Positions 24,160-37,919 of a DNA stretch of 64,000 nt are shown piece after piece. The DNA comes from Eledone cirrhosa. Lineage: Eukaryota. How positions within the stretch are numbered: the stretch's first letter is position 1; each line of letters opens with the position of its first letter. The position numbers were made by a program, and so were the translations under genes. Under the pieces are notes generated by a model. It was not told where the DNA came from and did no database searches. It saw nothing but the letters and a program-made list of their open reading frames with translations. The DNA is taken from NCBI GenBank assembly GCA_964016885.1, contig OZ024743.1, positions 26,784,001-26,848,000 on the forward strand. The letters are read 5' to 3'.

Positions 24160-25223
24160 GACAAAGTTAGGGTTAACAACAACTATAATGAGGAATTTAA
24201 CATACAGGTCGGTGTCCACCAGGCTCTGTTCTTAGCCCTCTCCTGTTTATTATAGTATTGCCGACTATAACAGAGGAGTTTAAGACCAGATGCCCATGGG
24301 AACTTCTGTATGCGGATGATCTTACACTTATAGCTGAATCCATAGCAGAACTAAAGAAGAAATTCCAAACATGGAAACATGGAAGCAGGGACTAGAAAGA
24401 AAGGGTCTCAAAGTCAACCTGAAAAAGACTAAGGTCATCGAAGTAGATGAGAAAACAGAACCCAGATCCCCTCAGGGAAATGGCCTTGCTCAGAATGTAG
24501 GAAAGGTGTAGGTAGGAATTTCATCCTCTGCCCCAAATGGAAACTATGGGTACACAAGAGATGTAGTGGGATCTCAGGAAGCTTAGTTAAGAATGTAGGC
24601 TTTACATGTAGCAGCTGCACTGGGACAGCAAGCAGCAAACAGCCACAGGAAACAAGCACTACCAAATTCTGAGAAGGCTCTGTAGAAAGAGTAGACAGCT
24701 TTTGTTACCTAGGTGACCGAATTAGCAGCGGAGGTGGGTGTTCTGAAAGTACAGTAACCAGGGTAAAAATGGGATGGAAGAAGTTCAGGGAGCTACTACC
24801 ACTGCTAGCTGCAAAAGGCTTTTCCCTCAAAATGAAAGGCAGACTGTATGATGCGTGTATACAAACAGCAATGTTACATGGTAGTGAGACCTGGGCGCTG
24901 TGTGTAGGTACAAGATGAAGCTGAAGCATATAGACAACATGCCCCCATCCCCTTCCACTGCAAAGTGGTTGTGGAGGTGTCACGACAAAAAAACACCCAG
25001 TCCACACTGTAAAGTGGTCATGTAGGCGCCACGGTAAAAAAGCACCCAGCACTCACTGTAAATGAGGTTGGTTTTAGGAAGGGCATCCAGCTGTAGAAAT
25101 CAAGCCAAAATCAGTTCCCGTATGAGCAAGACAAGGCCACCCGACCTGGTACTGCCCACAACAGGACAACCCGTCCAACCCTAGCTAACATGGAAGAATG
25201 GATGTAAAACGGTGATGATGATG
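24160..25223 (+). mobile_element. RTE family A, truncated and internally deleted
   Basis: RT end, PHD-like region and 3'UTR homologous to 14000-15400. Confidence 0.85.
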
Positions 25224-25582
25224 AATCCCTCTTCCTCAGAAAGTCAGATTGCTGTAATTTATTCCTTACAAACAAATTCTAGTAGAGGTTGGCTTAAAGT
25301 TCAAGTTGAACTGCATTTATCTGTCCAGTCTTATAGGGTGTGTGGTAATTATGGGCTCAGCCCCTTTTTCATGACTAAACAATAAACAAAATGACACACA
25401 ATATTTTGTTTTGCTTGCCTACATAATTAGATTAAATCCTTCTGGTGTTAACTTCGTCTTTTATAGTCTCAGAATTAAAAAAATAAAATAGCTGTAACAT
25501 GTTTTTTTAATAAATCATATGTAACCTCAACACACTTATTTTATATTTATGAAAAAGATATCTAAAATAAAGTGTAACTTAC

Positions 25583-25753
25583 CATGGCAACACGTGTTGC
25601 CACATCCACGGAATCAACATCATTACCGTATATAAGGGGATTGAAACCTGTGTTTGAATCAAAGCTTTCCCTGCGTTTTAGTAGTTCAGGACTTTGAGCT
25701 AAAGCATCTAGGTTTTTAATAGGCTGGGGAGTCATGCTCATACTGGCAAGAGC
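25583..25753 (-). CDS. MADD: MADD exon
   Basis: 171 nt, phase 0/0; [57 protein letters not shown]. Confidence 0.95.
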
Positions 25754-25921
25754 CTGAAACAGAAAACATTGACCTAGTCATTTAAAACACTAAATAGGAT
25801 TAATATATTATTATTATTAATGGAATTATTTACTGAGTGCCTTATAACACAGTTTTTAATAAGACAATCAAAAGATACAAAATTGTGTTTTTTGCTGAAT
25901 TTATGCACATATACATAATAT

Positions 25922-26305
25922 TCTTTCTACTTTTTGGCACAAGGCCAGCAATTATCCCAGTGTATTACTGGTGCTTTATTTTATCGACCCTATAAGGATG
26001 AAAGGCAAAGTTAACCTCAGTGGGATTTGAACTCAGACCATTAAAGGGCCGTAACTCTTTGCTGCAAAGCATGGAGTCAGACCTTCTATTAATACTGCTA
26101 ATCCACTGCACATATACATAATTGTTTCTACTTTAGACACAAGGCGAGCAATTACCTAGTGCATTACTGGTACTTTATTTTATCGACCCCGTAAGGATGA
26201 AAGGCAAAGTCAACCTCAGCGGGATTTGAACTCAAATCGTAAAGGGATGTAACTATGCTGGAAAGCATGGTGTCCGACCCTCCACTGATACTGCCAATCC
26301 ACCGT
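25922..26305 (-). mobile_element. two tandem Meta-like SINEs
   Basis: Two copies (~25922-26110 and ~26121-26305), each followed by gcacatatacataat. Confidence 0.8.
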
Positions 26306-26729
26306 TGCACATATACATAATATTGATAAATATAATTGCTTCCTTACACAGCCCTACCCAATAACTTAATACAACAAACCTAAATTAGCCCAAAACACAT
26401 CGCCCAAAAATAAAATTATCATTTAAAATAAAACGACCCGCAATATTTGATTTCTGTCAAGTGGTGGTTACCAGATAGATGAGTACCATATACACTGTAG
26501 TGTACTACATACTTAATCCTATCAACAGAAAAACTCTTTGTCTCAGAAACATTTCAACAAGGATTTTAGTCTACACAGTATCATAGATATGATGCAATAT
26601 ATTTAATCCAATTTTCTGACTCAACTCTACCCAACAACAAAATACAAGCCCAAATTGTCTCAAATATATATAATGGATAGATAATGTATATAGATTAGGG
26701 CTCAAGCTAGTCAGTTACATAGTCAACCT

Positions 26730-27260
26730 GGCAGTTCAAGGAGGTGTCAAACCTAATTACCATTATCAACTGCTACAATGGAAAGAAAATTTCTCTAGAA
26801 AGGAATAATTATTGAGGCATCAAATTTGATGAATCAAGCTTTGAGAAAGTCTTAGTAAACTCATTAGAAAACTTAAATGAGATGCTGTTCAGATTTGTGC
26901 TATGTCAGATAACAATTAATGTCTTCTTGATAGCAAGATAATTGTAAAAGATTTTAGCTAAAAGTAAGCTATTGTACCTGGAATATGTTGAGTTGAAGAA
27001 GGTATGATTTAATACACCCTCATATTAGTCTGAATGTCTCTTAGAAAGCTAGACATAGAATAATGACTTATGAGACCAGTACAAACAAACAGTAAAGTGA
27101 AAGCTGGTAATGAATTTGGAGAAGAATTTAATGTGTAGGTAAGTGTTCATCAAGATTTGGTCCTTAGCCCCCTCCTACTTATTGTAGCTCTTCATGTCAA
27201 TATGGAGGAGTCTAATACCAGTTGTTTGTGATTACTCCTGAAAACTGATGACCTGGGTCT
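26730..27260 (+). mobile_element. highly decayed RTE RT fragment
   Basis: Residual similarity to the RT region (atcaactgctaca, gaagaatttaatgt..gtgttcatcaag..cttagccccctcct). Confidence 0.55.
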
Positions 27261-27915
27261 TGGATTTCTTTTGTCTAGTATCTAACATTGCTTGTTCTCA
27301 CCTTCCACATAGAAAATAACAAGGGGCAGCCATGTGTTGCTTCTCATTGCTTTGATGATGATGCATACATATTTTTAAAATTAATTTACTAACTTCTGTC
27401 ATTGGACTGAGGTTATGCTAAGGCACTACTCTCAGAGATACTAATTGAATATATTGACCCAATACTTTATCTTGTACTATCCACCTTAGAAGGAACAAAA
27501 AACTAAGTTGGGTGGTTGTACTGGAACATAACCATGTTAGTTCAAAATACCATAAAGTATTTTCATTTAATGCATTGATTTTATCATTCAATGCCATATA
27601 TATTGAGATTAAAAGTTATTATTAGGTCTATTTATGAGCACTAACAATGAGGAATGTGTGATAGATATTTTTTTCTGGGGTTTCACTATTTATGATTAGA
27701 AAAAAGCAAGTAAATATATACAAGTCATGAACCTGGGTAGATAAACTAACACAACTCTTAAATCGGAGTCCATTGATAGAATGCATGTTAATAAGATTTA
27801 ATTAAATGATTTAATTAAACATTTTCAAAAGTTATATTATTGTATGCATGTGTCTTCTTCAGTGAAGTGCAACAAAAATAAATCACCAAAATTACAAAAT
27901 GATATCAATAGTTAC

Positions 27916-27996
27916 CTGTTTGAGATGATTCTTTAATTTACCTCCTTCGTGTTCTGGCAGTGAAGGCAATTCTTCTGCTCCACTTGGAGCCTGGAT
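27916..27996 (-). CDS. MADD: MADD exon
   Basis: 81 nt, phase 0/0, ttcag|...|gtaac; IQAPSGAEELPSLPEHEGGKLKNHLKQ (cf. [27 protein letters not shown]). Confidence 0.92.
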
Positions 27997-29236
27997 CTGA
28001 ATATTTGTAAAAAAAATTCAAGAGTTATATATATATATATACTTGCAGGAAAAGCAGATGTTAAATGATGATGATGATATATATAACAACAAGCATATTG
28101 AGGCCATCTTCCCAGGTGAAGCAAGGTTTAGCCTTGCAGGTCCATGACAAGCTTCTTTATTTTCCCCTATCATCTGCATCCCCTATCCAACCCCCTAGCC
28201 TTCATTTCCTCCCGGTGACCTACTCATACACAAAAAGAAGATTTAAATACTAAAAAGTTAGACTGTGATTTACAGCTACTTATTTTTAGATGACCCATTC
28301 AAATCCCATTGGAACTCGTGTTGTCTTTCCTTTTTTCAGAATTTCTAGTCAAGTATTTTTATCTTTTTATAAGAAAAAAAAAAAAAAAAAAAAAAACCTA
28401 TGTGAATCTGGACAATTCGTAATGTTTAGTTTGGATCACTACAGAATTCAAATTTCACATAACCCTTTTGATAGCAATCTGCCCAGAACCAGCTCTAGTT
28501 CTATAAAGCAAAACCAAACATTTTAAAGAATTTCTATTGAAATTAAAATCTTTGAACATAATTTTATATAAGAACAAATGCTAACTTAATAATGAAATAA
28601 TTAATAATCATTGATCAATTGAAATAGTGTGTATTTCATAAATGGGTTAATATAACTTATATTTTTTCATTTCAGAATTTATAAGTACCAATGACATAAT
28701 GGAGATAAAAACCAAGCCAACAAACTTTGTTATTCTGCTACAGGAATTTGTTTTATTTGTTGTCAAAAGAATTCCTACACTGTTGTGTTAGAAAGATCAT
28801 GGTAGTCTGATATCTCATGAGAACCAGGTCATTTCAGAGTCTACTTGAAATGTTTATTAAATTAATTAATAACACAATTGTGTGCAGTTAATATCTAAAT
28901 AATAATGTTACATTCATCACAATAAAATTGTCAAATTAGTAGTTAGAATTCTAAATTGCCTAATAGTTTTAAATATATATTCTTAGCACAAATTAGCTTC
29001 AAAATCAATTACAATAGGATGAAATAAATTGGCAGTTTTATTTCGGTCCATTTGTTTAACAAAATGTCAGGTAATTTTCATTTAATGACACATAGTTTAT
29101 AAAACAGCAGGATAATAAGTGTAAATTGATAGAAAATATGAGAATGAAATGTATGTCTGCGTGTGGTGATTGGGAACAGGGTTGTCACAAGAGAGATGAA
29201 GACAAATTTTACAACAAAAAAACAAATAAAATATAC

Positions 29237-29350
29237 CTTGTTAGAATCCAAATCTACAAGCCAAACATCATCAGGCATTATGAAGCCTGCCTTGTACAAG
29301 AAGAAACTTGATGGTACCCCAATAATATATGGAGTCGGTACCAACAAAAG
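29237..29350 (-). CDS. MADD: MADD exon (DENN domain)
   Basis: 114 nt, phase 0/0; [38 protein letters not shown]. Confidence 0.96.
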
Positions 29351-30031
29351 CTGGAAATAAAAATCAGGTTTTCTGTAACTTAACTGCAAAAATATTTCAA
29401 AGTATATTTTAAAGTATTTGAAAAGCAATATGAAAAATGAATTTGTCACTAAGATATATATACTCTATTTGATATTTCATTTGAATGTTCTATTATATCT
29501 GCTACTTTATTCAATCCTGCAGTTAAATTGTGTGTTTAATTGAGTTATGCTATTATAATGACAAAATTATATCAGCTATAATATATATAATATATAAATA
29601 TAATACTGTATAAACTTGTAGAAAATTACAGATTTTTGCTAATAAGACAGGCATTAAAAACACGTGATTTACCCACTGAACCTTGCTCTGGGATTGAAAT
29701 TCAGAGCATACATACACAAAGTGTTTAGAAAAAGCACTTATGTACAGCTTAAAATCTGAAGTCAAAATATTATAAACACTAACAGAGCTTATAAATTAAT
29801 ATATATTGTCATCTTATTTTTGTCAACAGAATGAAACATCATCTGTTTCAGAAAGTACTACGTGGTTTTGTAAACAAGTCATACATGAAATTTGAGTCAA
29901 CAGAAGATAGAAATACAAGACTTTAATAATGCTTTAACTTTTTTATTGGCCTTCTCTATTAATGGAATTATCAGAATTGAAAGCACTTCAATATAAGATT
30001 GAAATAAAAAGATATTGAAAATGGCTGTTAC

Positions 30032-30163
30032 CTGTTCTGCGCAACTCATACATGTTGGAAGTAATGGAATTACAGGGAACATATATTCCAGTGGATATAA
30101 CATTGACACAAAGGCCATGACACTCATCGAAAGGGCATTATAATCTCGAGATTGTAAAACAAT
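30032..30163 (-). CDS. MADD: MADD exon (DENN domain)
   Basis: 132 nt, phase 0/0; [44 protein letters not shown], near-identical to MADD. Confidence 0.96.
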
Positions 30164-30701
30164 CTGAAAAATAAATGTTTTAAAACAAATTGTTTTGAGA
30201 AATCCAAGGCAAAAAAAGTACACAAGGAGTATCATTCCATTAACAAATTTCCTTAAGTAAGCAGAAAGTAAAATGCATGTTGAATTTTGCATCTAAATTA
30301 TTTTAATTCAATAAAAACTAAAATAATTTGATGTTTAAAAGTGACACATTGAATTTGTAAGTTTTCTTTTATTACCATCTGTGATAAAATATAACTGATA
30401 CTAAGAGTGGTTTTATTAACTTTTGCAAAGGAAACATTTTGAAACGAATTCAAAAATCAATATATCTATCTGTTTTGGAATCTGTTTAGGATATGTGTAC
30501 TAGAGGAGAAATAATGAACATTTTATTACTTATTTACTGTATGTTATATTTCTTCAATCTATTGATTTGAATAGTAAGTTCTGATGATGATTGTGTTACA
30601 TCGACGCCATTACCATCATTTAATGTCCATTTTCCTTAGCAAGGGTTGAATAGGTATTCACAGACAAAGCCAGTGTATATTCAGAGCCACATATCTTATG
30701 T

Positions 30702-33157
30702 CAGATAGATTTTATCCTCATCAGAGGACATGACAGATGGACGGTCGTAAACACAAAATCCTTTCCTAGTGAGGAATGTACCTCCCAACATGGCTTAGTT
30801 GTCAGCGACCTCACGGTCAGAACTAGACGAACCCGGAAACAGAGGCCAACCTGGAGAAGAAAGATCTGGAAGCTGAAAGACCCCTCAGCCAGTAACAGAT
30901 TTAAAGATATTTTACTCAACGCCTACAACAGTAAAGAAGAACAGATAGAGACATTCAATGTAGAAGAGCACTGGGAGTTCCTAAAAAATAACTTACTAGA
31001 GGCGACGGATGAGATCTGTGGCTGGAGTAAGACCACAAGCAGGAGAGTGACTTGGTGGTGGAACAATAAGGTAGATGAGGCAGTTAAGGCCAAGAGACAG
31101 GCATGGAAAGAATGGAAGAACGGGGGAAGCAGGGTACATTACATAGAGACCAAGAGGCAAGCTAGGTGTCAAGTATACTTAGCTAGGAGGGAAGCAGAGG
31201 ATAGAAAATTCAAGCATGTTTTGCAATGTAAGGACCAGAAACAGGAGGTGTTCAAGATTGTGAGGCAGTGTGTCAGAGAGAATTGTGATGTCATTGGAGA
31301 GAAGTGTATCCGGAATGATAAAGGTGAGCTTGCCCTCACAAGTGCTGAGAAGAAAGATGCATGGAAGAACCATTATGATAGATTACTAAATGAGGAGAAT
31401 GCATGGGAAGAAGAGACCCTACCCCAAGTAGACTCTATAGAGGGGCCAGCAGTACTAGTCAGCAGCAGCGTAGTAAGTAAGGCAATCAAAGATATGAAGA
31501 TGGGGAAGGCAACTGGTCCATCAGGTATAGCTGGCAAGATGCTGAAGGCATCTGGGTCTGTAGGTCACACTATAACCACACATATTGTTAACCAGGTAAT
31601 ACTAGAAGGTGTCATACCAAAAGATTGGTGCAGTAGCATCATTGTCAACTGCTACAAAGGTAAAGGTGATGCACTAGATAGAGGAAACTATAGAGGTATA
31701 AAGCTGATGGACCAGGTCATGAAAGTAACAAAAAGAGTTATAGCACAGTTGATTAGGGACCGGGTGAAACTAGATGAGATGCAATTTGGGTTTGTACCAG
31801 GAAGAGGCACCACTGATGCTCTCTTCCTTGTGAGGCAGTTACAGGAAAAGTACCTAGCTAAAAGTAAGCCACTCTACCTGGCATTCGTCGATCTCTAGAA
31901 AACCTTTGACAGAGTTCCACGTGGGCTCTTAGAAAACTAGGAGTAGATGAATGGCTTGTGAAAGCTGTACAAGCCATGTATAGGGGAGCAGTCAGCAAAG
32001 TTAGGATTAGCAATGAGTATAGCGAGGAATTTAGCGTACAGGTTGGTGTCCACCAGGCCTCTGTTCTTAGCACTCTCCTGTTCATCATAGTCCTGCAGGC
32101 AATAACGGAGGAGTTTAAGACCGGATGCCCATGGGAACTCCTGTATGCAGATGATCTCGCACTTATAGCTGAATCTATGGTAGAACTAGAGAAGAAATTC
32201 CAAACTTGGAAGCAGGGACTAGAAAGAAAGGGTCTCAAAGTCAACATGACAAAGACTAAGGTCCTTGTAAATTGACGAGAAAACAGAACCCAGATCCCCT
32301 CAGGGAAATGACCTTCAGAAAGTACAATAAATAGGGTAAGAAAGGGATGGAAGAAGTTCAGGGAACTACTGCCACTGCTAGCTGCAAAAGGCTTCTCCCT
32401 CAAAATGAAAGGCAGACTGTATGATGCGTGTATCCGAACAGCAATGTTACATGGTAGTGAGACCTGGGCGCTGAAGGTGGAAGACTTACGTAGATTAGAA
32501 AGAAACGAAGCCTGCATGCTCCGATGGATGTGTAATAGTAATATACGCGAACGACAAAGCATAAATGAATTGAGAGAGAGACTGAGCATAAGAGGAATCA
32601 AATGCTGTGTGCAGGAGAGTCGGTTGCGTTGGCATGGACATGTGATGCGTATGAAGGATGACAGCTGCATAAAAAGGTGCAGAGCACTAGAAGTCAATGG
32701 AAACCGCGGAGTGGGAGACCCAAGAAGACCTGGGATGAGGTGATAAAAGCCGACCTTACCCAACTACACCTCTCAAAGGCGATGACACACGACCGTGTCT
32801 CTGGCGTCACGCAGTAATACAGAGTACCCGACCTTCCATGGGTAAAAGCTGAAGCATATAGACAATATGCCCCCACATCCCTCCCACTGCAAAGTGGTCG
32901 TGGAGGTGCCACGGCAAAAAAGTACCCAGCCCACACTGTAAAGTGGACGTGTAGGTGCCATGGCAAAAAAGCACCCAGCACTCAGTGTAAATGAGGTTGG
33001 TGTTAGGAAGGGCATCCAGCTGTAGAAATAAAGCCAAAATCAGTTCCTGTATGAGCAAGGCATGGTCAGCCGACCAGACACTACCCACAACAGGACAACC
33101 CGTCTAACCCATGCTAGCATGGAAGAACGGACGTAAAACGGTGATGATGATGATGAT
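30702..33157 (+). mobile_element. RTE family A, 5'-truncated, PHD segment deleted
   Basis: Colinear with 12684-15410 apart from small deletions and loss of the Cys-rich segment at ~32310. Confidence 0.92.
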
Positions 33158-33823
33158 CTCTCTAATGGGCTAGGGCTGCATCTTGCTTACACACCTTCCT
33201 GTGTGTTGTGGGTTTTATCATGGCACCTGCATTAAGGAGGTTGTCATGTTTTTCACACAAGTGAAGAGTCCTCTCTACCCCTTGTTTGGTAAATTTTCTA
33301 TGACTGGATGCTCTTCTTATCACAAACCACTTTACAGTGTGTATTGAGTGTGTTTTATCAAATCAACACTTGAGAGGTTTTGTGCTCTTGACCCAACTGA
33401 AGAGTTCTCTCAACCCTTTGGTAAATTTTCTACAGCTGGGTCCCCTTTGTATCACGAATCACTCTACAGAGTGTACTGAGTGTGTTTTATCATATCATAT
33501 CAACAGTTGTGAGTTTGTTGTGCTCTCAACTCTGTTTTGGCTTGGTTTCTATGGCTAGATGGCCTTCCTATTACAGATCATCTTACAGGGTGTATTGAGT
33601 GCATGTTTTGTGGAAAACAAATAGAATTTGGTAATTACATTGTGAAAGAACCCTTTTAGCCAAATGAAACACAAAAGCTGTTATATTCATTTTTCATTTA
33701 TTTCAGAAGTTGCCAACATTTTCAGTGTACTACTACCATCTGGTAATTGATACAATTCCACTGTAGCTATGATGGAATTGTGTCAGTGACCAGGTAGTAA
33801 TAAAGGATGATAATTTTGGTTCC

Positions 33824-34706
33824 ATCTATATATAATATAAAAGAGAAATGTTTGTTGGTTGCTGTCTTCGAACATCACACAAAACCGAAAACTGACAATC
33901 GAAAAGTAAGTATACTGGTGGAATAAGGATATACCAAGAAAGGTTTATTGATACTCATTGAAGAAGAAAAACATCCTGGATAAGCTAACTAACCCAACTG
34001 CTATTTCTAGCAAGTTGGGAGACAACCATAAGGGATTCGCTCTGCATTGTTAGTGATGCTCGTGTTTTGTGGCCAGCGTCTCCATGGATTCAAACACTGA
34101 TTTATACACAAACACATTTATATATAATTATCTCTATCTATATGTAATATAAAAGATTGGAACACCCATCATCATTTTGAGAAACCTGGACCTGACATGT
34201 CTATGCAATGGCATATGCTTAACAGTCAGGTGGATGTTGAACCATCTCCCAGAGGCCACTATTCTTGGAGGCAATCATCAAGGAGAAAATGCATTTATTC
34301 CCAAGATTCCTCACATACCTTTCTCTACCAAGCTGCCATTCAAATTCTCAAAACTTCAGTTCCCTGTTAGAATCAGTTTTGCTATGACCATAAATAAAGC
34401 TCAGAGTCTTAAAGTTGTAGCATTGAATATGACAGAATCGGTTTTTGCCCATGGACAGTAATATGTAGGCTGTTCACAAGTAGGAAGTCCTAGACATCTT
34501 TATATGTTATGCATGAACGTTAAAATGAACAATCTGGTGCATCTGGAAGATTTTTTATTGTTTTATTTTTGTCACACACACACTCACATAAACACCAGTC
34601 TCACTTTATACTCTAGACCAGACAATGCATCCAATAGTCATTTTCTCTTCTACCGGTCTTCTCTTATCATCTGTTTACTCAGACGAAGCTGGGTACCATA
34701 GTTAGC
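33824..34706 (+). mobile_element. non-autonomous Helitron remnant(s) carrying a Pif1-like helicase fragment
   Basis: 34156-34510 reads IGTPIIILRNLD..LCNG..L.V...IPKIP...LPFKFSKLQFPVRISFAMTINKAQ..VFAHGQ*YVGCS (Helitron RepHel C-terminus). Helitron-like 5' ends (TCTATA..ATAAAAG) at ~33825 and ~34137; decayed 3' hairpin/CTAG-like ends at ~34620-34706. Confidence 0.8.
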
Positions 34707-35045
34707 ATAAAATATGAGTATATCAAGTTTTGTGTGCATTTAAATGGCCAAAATGGCTCTTCTACAATGCAATGGCTCTCTCTTCTACAATGTAATTCAG
34801 TTTCAACATAGTCACAGATTGCTAAACAAATACACTTCATGATTAAGTATTTACCTATAATGTTTATGTATCAGAAAGATAAAAGATTTTAAAATCAGAA
34901 AAACAGTAAAGCAAATAAAGTGTTTAAACAAATACCTTTTCAATTTATTGTATCCTTAAGAAAGAGATATCAAATATATTGATAGTGTAGATTAACAAAA
35001 TTAAAGAAATTACACTTTATGTGGATAAAATCAATAAATACTTAC

Positions 35046-35207
35046 CTTATGTTCTAGCAAAATAAGTGTCAATACTCTGAGGCAAGTTTCCACACCTAGT
35101 AATTCTAATGGAAGGTGGAGAGGAAAATCTACTAATGTAAACCGAGTATGATCAGGTAAGGCAAAGAGAAGAGAAGAGGGAATCATTTCTTTTGGTAATA
35201 CTTGTAT
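35046..35207 (-). CDS. MADD: MADD exon (DENN domain)
   Basis: 162 nt, phase 0/0, ttacag|...|gtaag; [54 protein letters not shown]. Confidence 0.95.
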
Positions 35208-37429
35208 CTGTAATTAAAAGATGTGTAATTCTGAGTTGTTTGCATTATGAGTATTAATATGATGAAAATATACATGCATCCTCACCATCATCATTTAATG
35301 TCCATTTTTCTTGCTAGCTAAACACTATATATTTATAATCACTAATTGCCACTAAACATTGATTTGCATCAAATTACCAAAGTTAATTTGTGTAAATTCA
35401 AGCTGTTAATTAAATGACAATTGGAAAATTCCCTTGAGTGCAAGTTAAATACTTTGAAGAGAAATCTAAGTTTTAGCAATTTAAATTATGAATTTTCTTT
35501 TGACATAAAAAAAAATAACTGAACACTTTCAATTTGATGTATATAAAAAAAAACAACTCATTATATTTGATATGAACCTGTTGTAAGCAATTTATGATAG
35601 ATGATCAAAACATAAATATAATGTATAACTAAAATACAAATAATACGTATTAGGATAATACTATAGAATATAATCAAAACATAATGTACATCAATTAACA
35701 GTTACAACTACTTATTATTACACATTATTTATATTTTTTTTGTCATCAAAATACATTCAAAATACAAGCTTTTAAACTGAATCTTATAAATTAAATCTGG
35801 TAGATACTAAATGTTTATATGGAAAATTGATTTCATCATTGTCGTTTAACATCCATTTTCTCTGCTAGCAAGGACTGGATAAGTTATCACAGGCCAAGTC
35901 ATTACTTAAATAGTAAGACTGACTTCTCAGATGGGGGAGCAGGGTGTATTTGCTTAGATGCGTCCCAGCATACTACAGAATGCACTGAGAGCATTTTTTT
36001 TTACACCAGTACTAAAGAGGTTGTCAAGCATTGAATCAACTGAAGAGCCCTCTCTACCCTTAGGAGAAGAGGATGGAGGGCACTGAGGTAAGAAGGATGA
36101 TAAGTATGATGGCATGGATGTATGGCAAGTAAGAGAGGAGAAAACATGTCATGAGTGTATGACATGTCTGGTGAGATTTGATAGGGTGATGAGTGGGAGA
36201 GGTTGATCTCCAATAGTGTTGGAGGTAATGTGATTATGAGAAGAGTTACTTGGGAGTTATGACTGGTGTGTTGAGATTTAAGAGTGGGAGGGTAAGGATT
36301 TATGACTAGTGTTACAGGATTTAAGAAGTATAGGGTAAGGATTTATGGCTCCAGAACTAGGAATCTAAGGGTAATAATGTCTTTATCCATTTGGTTACTA
36401 GCACCTATATATAATTATAGTTGAGCTTTTAGGTTATTTGAATATATCTTCGAGTTTGAGTAGTCCTATTGAGCAGATCTAAGTACTGGGCTTAATGTTT
36501 GGGTTTTCAACAAGCATTATATCAACGGCTTATCTGATTTTTTAAATTTCCATTGTGGTTCTCTATTATGAAAATTTCATTCGATAGTGATATATAATTT
36601 CCTTTCTTGCTCTATGTATCTTCAACCAAACGTTTTGATTCATTAAGGCTTTGTGATGTTCTTTTCTGACACCTAGATTTGTCAACTTTCTCTTTTATCA
36701 TACATTTTCCAAATGCATAAGATACTATGCTTACAGTCTTTATGTTCTAATTACTTTTGGATAAGTTTTGTAAGGAATCTGAAAAGTGTGTTGTTACATT
36801 TGAACACAATTCTTGTGAATTCTCTGAAATTTATAAGCAGTCCTTTGCAATAAGTTAGAGACACATTGGAGTTTAGTTCAACCTCTATTTTATGCTTGAG
36901 AGTGGTTGTAAGCCTTACATGACAGGTATTTGTTATTCAGGAATGTTTTTTAGGCGACCCATTTCTACTTAAAGAAAAAGAAAGAAGTCAATCCTATTTC
37001 AATTGGTCTTTCCATCTGTCACAGAAATGTCACTGCTTTTTCAATGACAGTGGGTAAGATTTGAATTTTGATCATACAGAACTAGAAAAAATACCACAAA
37101 GCCTCATGTCCAACTCTTTAATTCTGCCAATCCACCAAACCTGGATTGGTACATTATTTATTAACTTCAAAAGATGATAAGCAAAGTTGACCTCATTGGG
37201 TTTGAACTTAGAACACAGAAAACTGGAACAAATATAGAAGCATTAAATCTGACTCTATTGGTTCTCCCACTTAAACTATTTAATTGGAATAGATCATTTT
37301 TGTCTGATGTTGTAGGCATTTGATCATTTCTGTCTTAACATTATATAATTATGTAGTTTAACTCCTGGCATGTATTTTAGTATTTAATAAAATTTGAATT
37401 ACTATTTTTCTCAAAAATGTTACTGTAAA

Positions 37430-37658
37430 CCCTTTAGTATTTACTTTATTCTATATATACTATTATATTTACCATTATATTTTTACGGTAACGGCTTTAC
37501 CTCACACAATTATCTCACATAATATCGAATCTATGAGATTTTGATATTTATTTTGATAACAAAACCTTAACATTAGTATGAGTAGCCAGTATGGCTGGTT
37601 TGAACAGAAAGATGTGACAGAATTCTGGACAGATGTGGCTGGTTTAAATGCTAAAGGG
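37430..37658. mobile_element. piggyBac-like MITE
   Basis: Terminal inverted repeats ccctttagtattta / taaatgctaaaggg, followed by TTAA on the right. Confidence 0.5.
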
Positions 37659-37777
37659 TTAAATGTATTCCTCTAAGAATAAACATTTTAAAATTTACTG
37701 CTGTCAGAGAAAGAAACATTTCTAAACGATACAAGTTTTGATTTAAATTTACAAGAGATAGTTTTATGATTATTTAC

Positions 37778-37919
37778 CTCTACCCTGGTTTTTGCTGGCA
37801 CTGGTACAGGTGCACTAAGCAGACGTAATATCCAGGTTTCTATTTCTCGAATTTCATGAAGAACCAAACCAGGAATACTGTCAGCACATTGTCCGGTCAA
37901 TACACTCCATACTGTGTCC
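37778..37919 (-). CDS. MADD: MADD / DENN-domain Rab3 GEF coding exon (first exon visible in window)
   Basis: AG/GT-bounded 142-nt exon: (x)DTVWSVLTGQCADSIPGLVLHEIREIETWILRLLSAPVPVPAKTRVE. It matches vertebrate MADD RDTMW...[21 protein letters not shown]. Confidence 0.92.
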
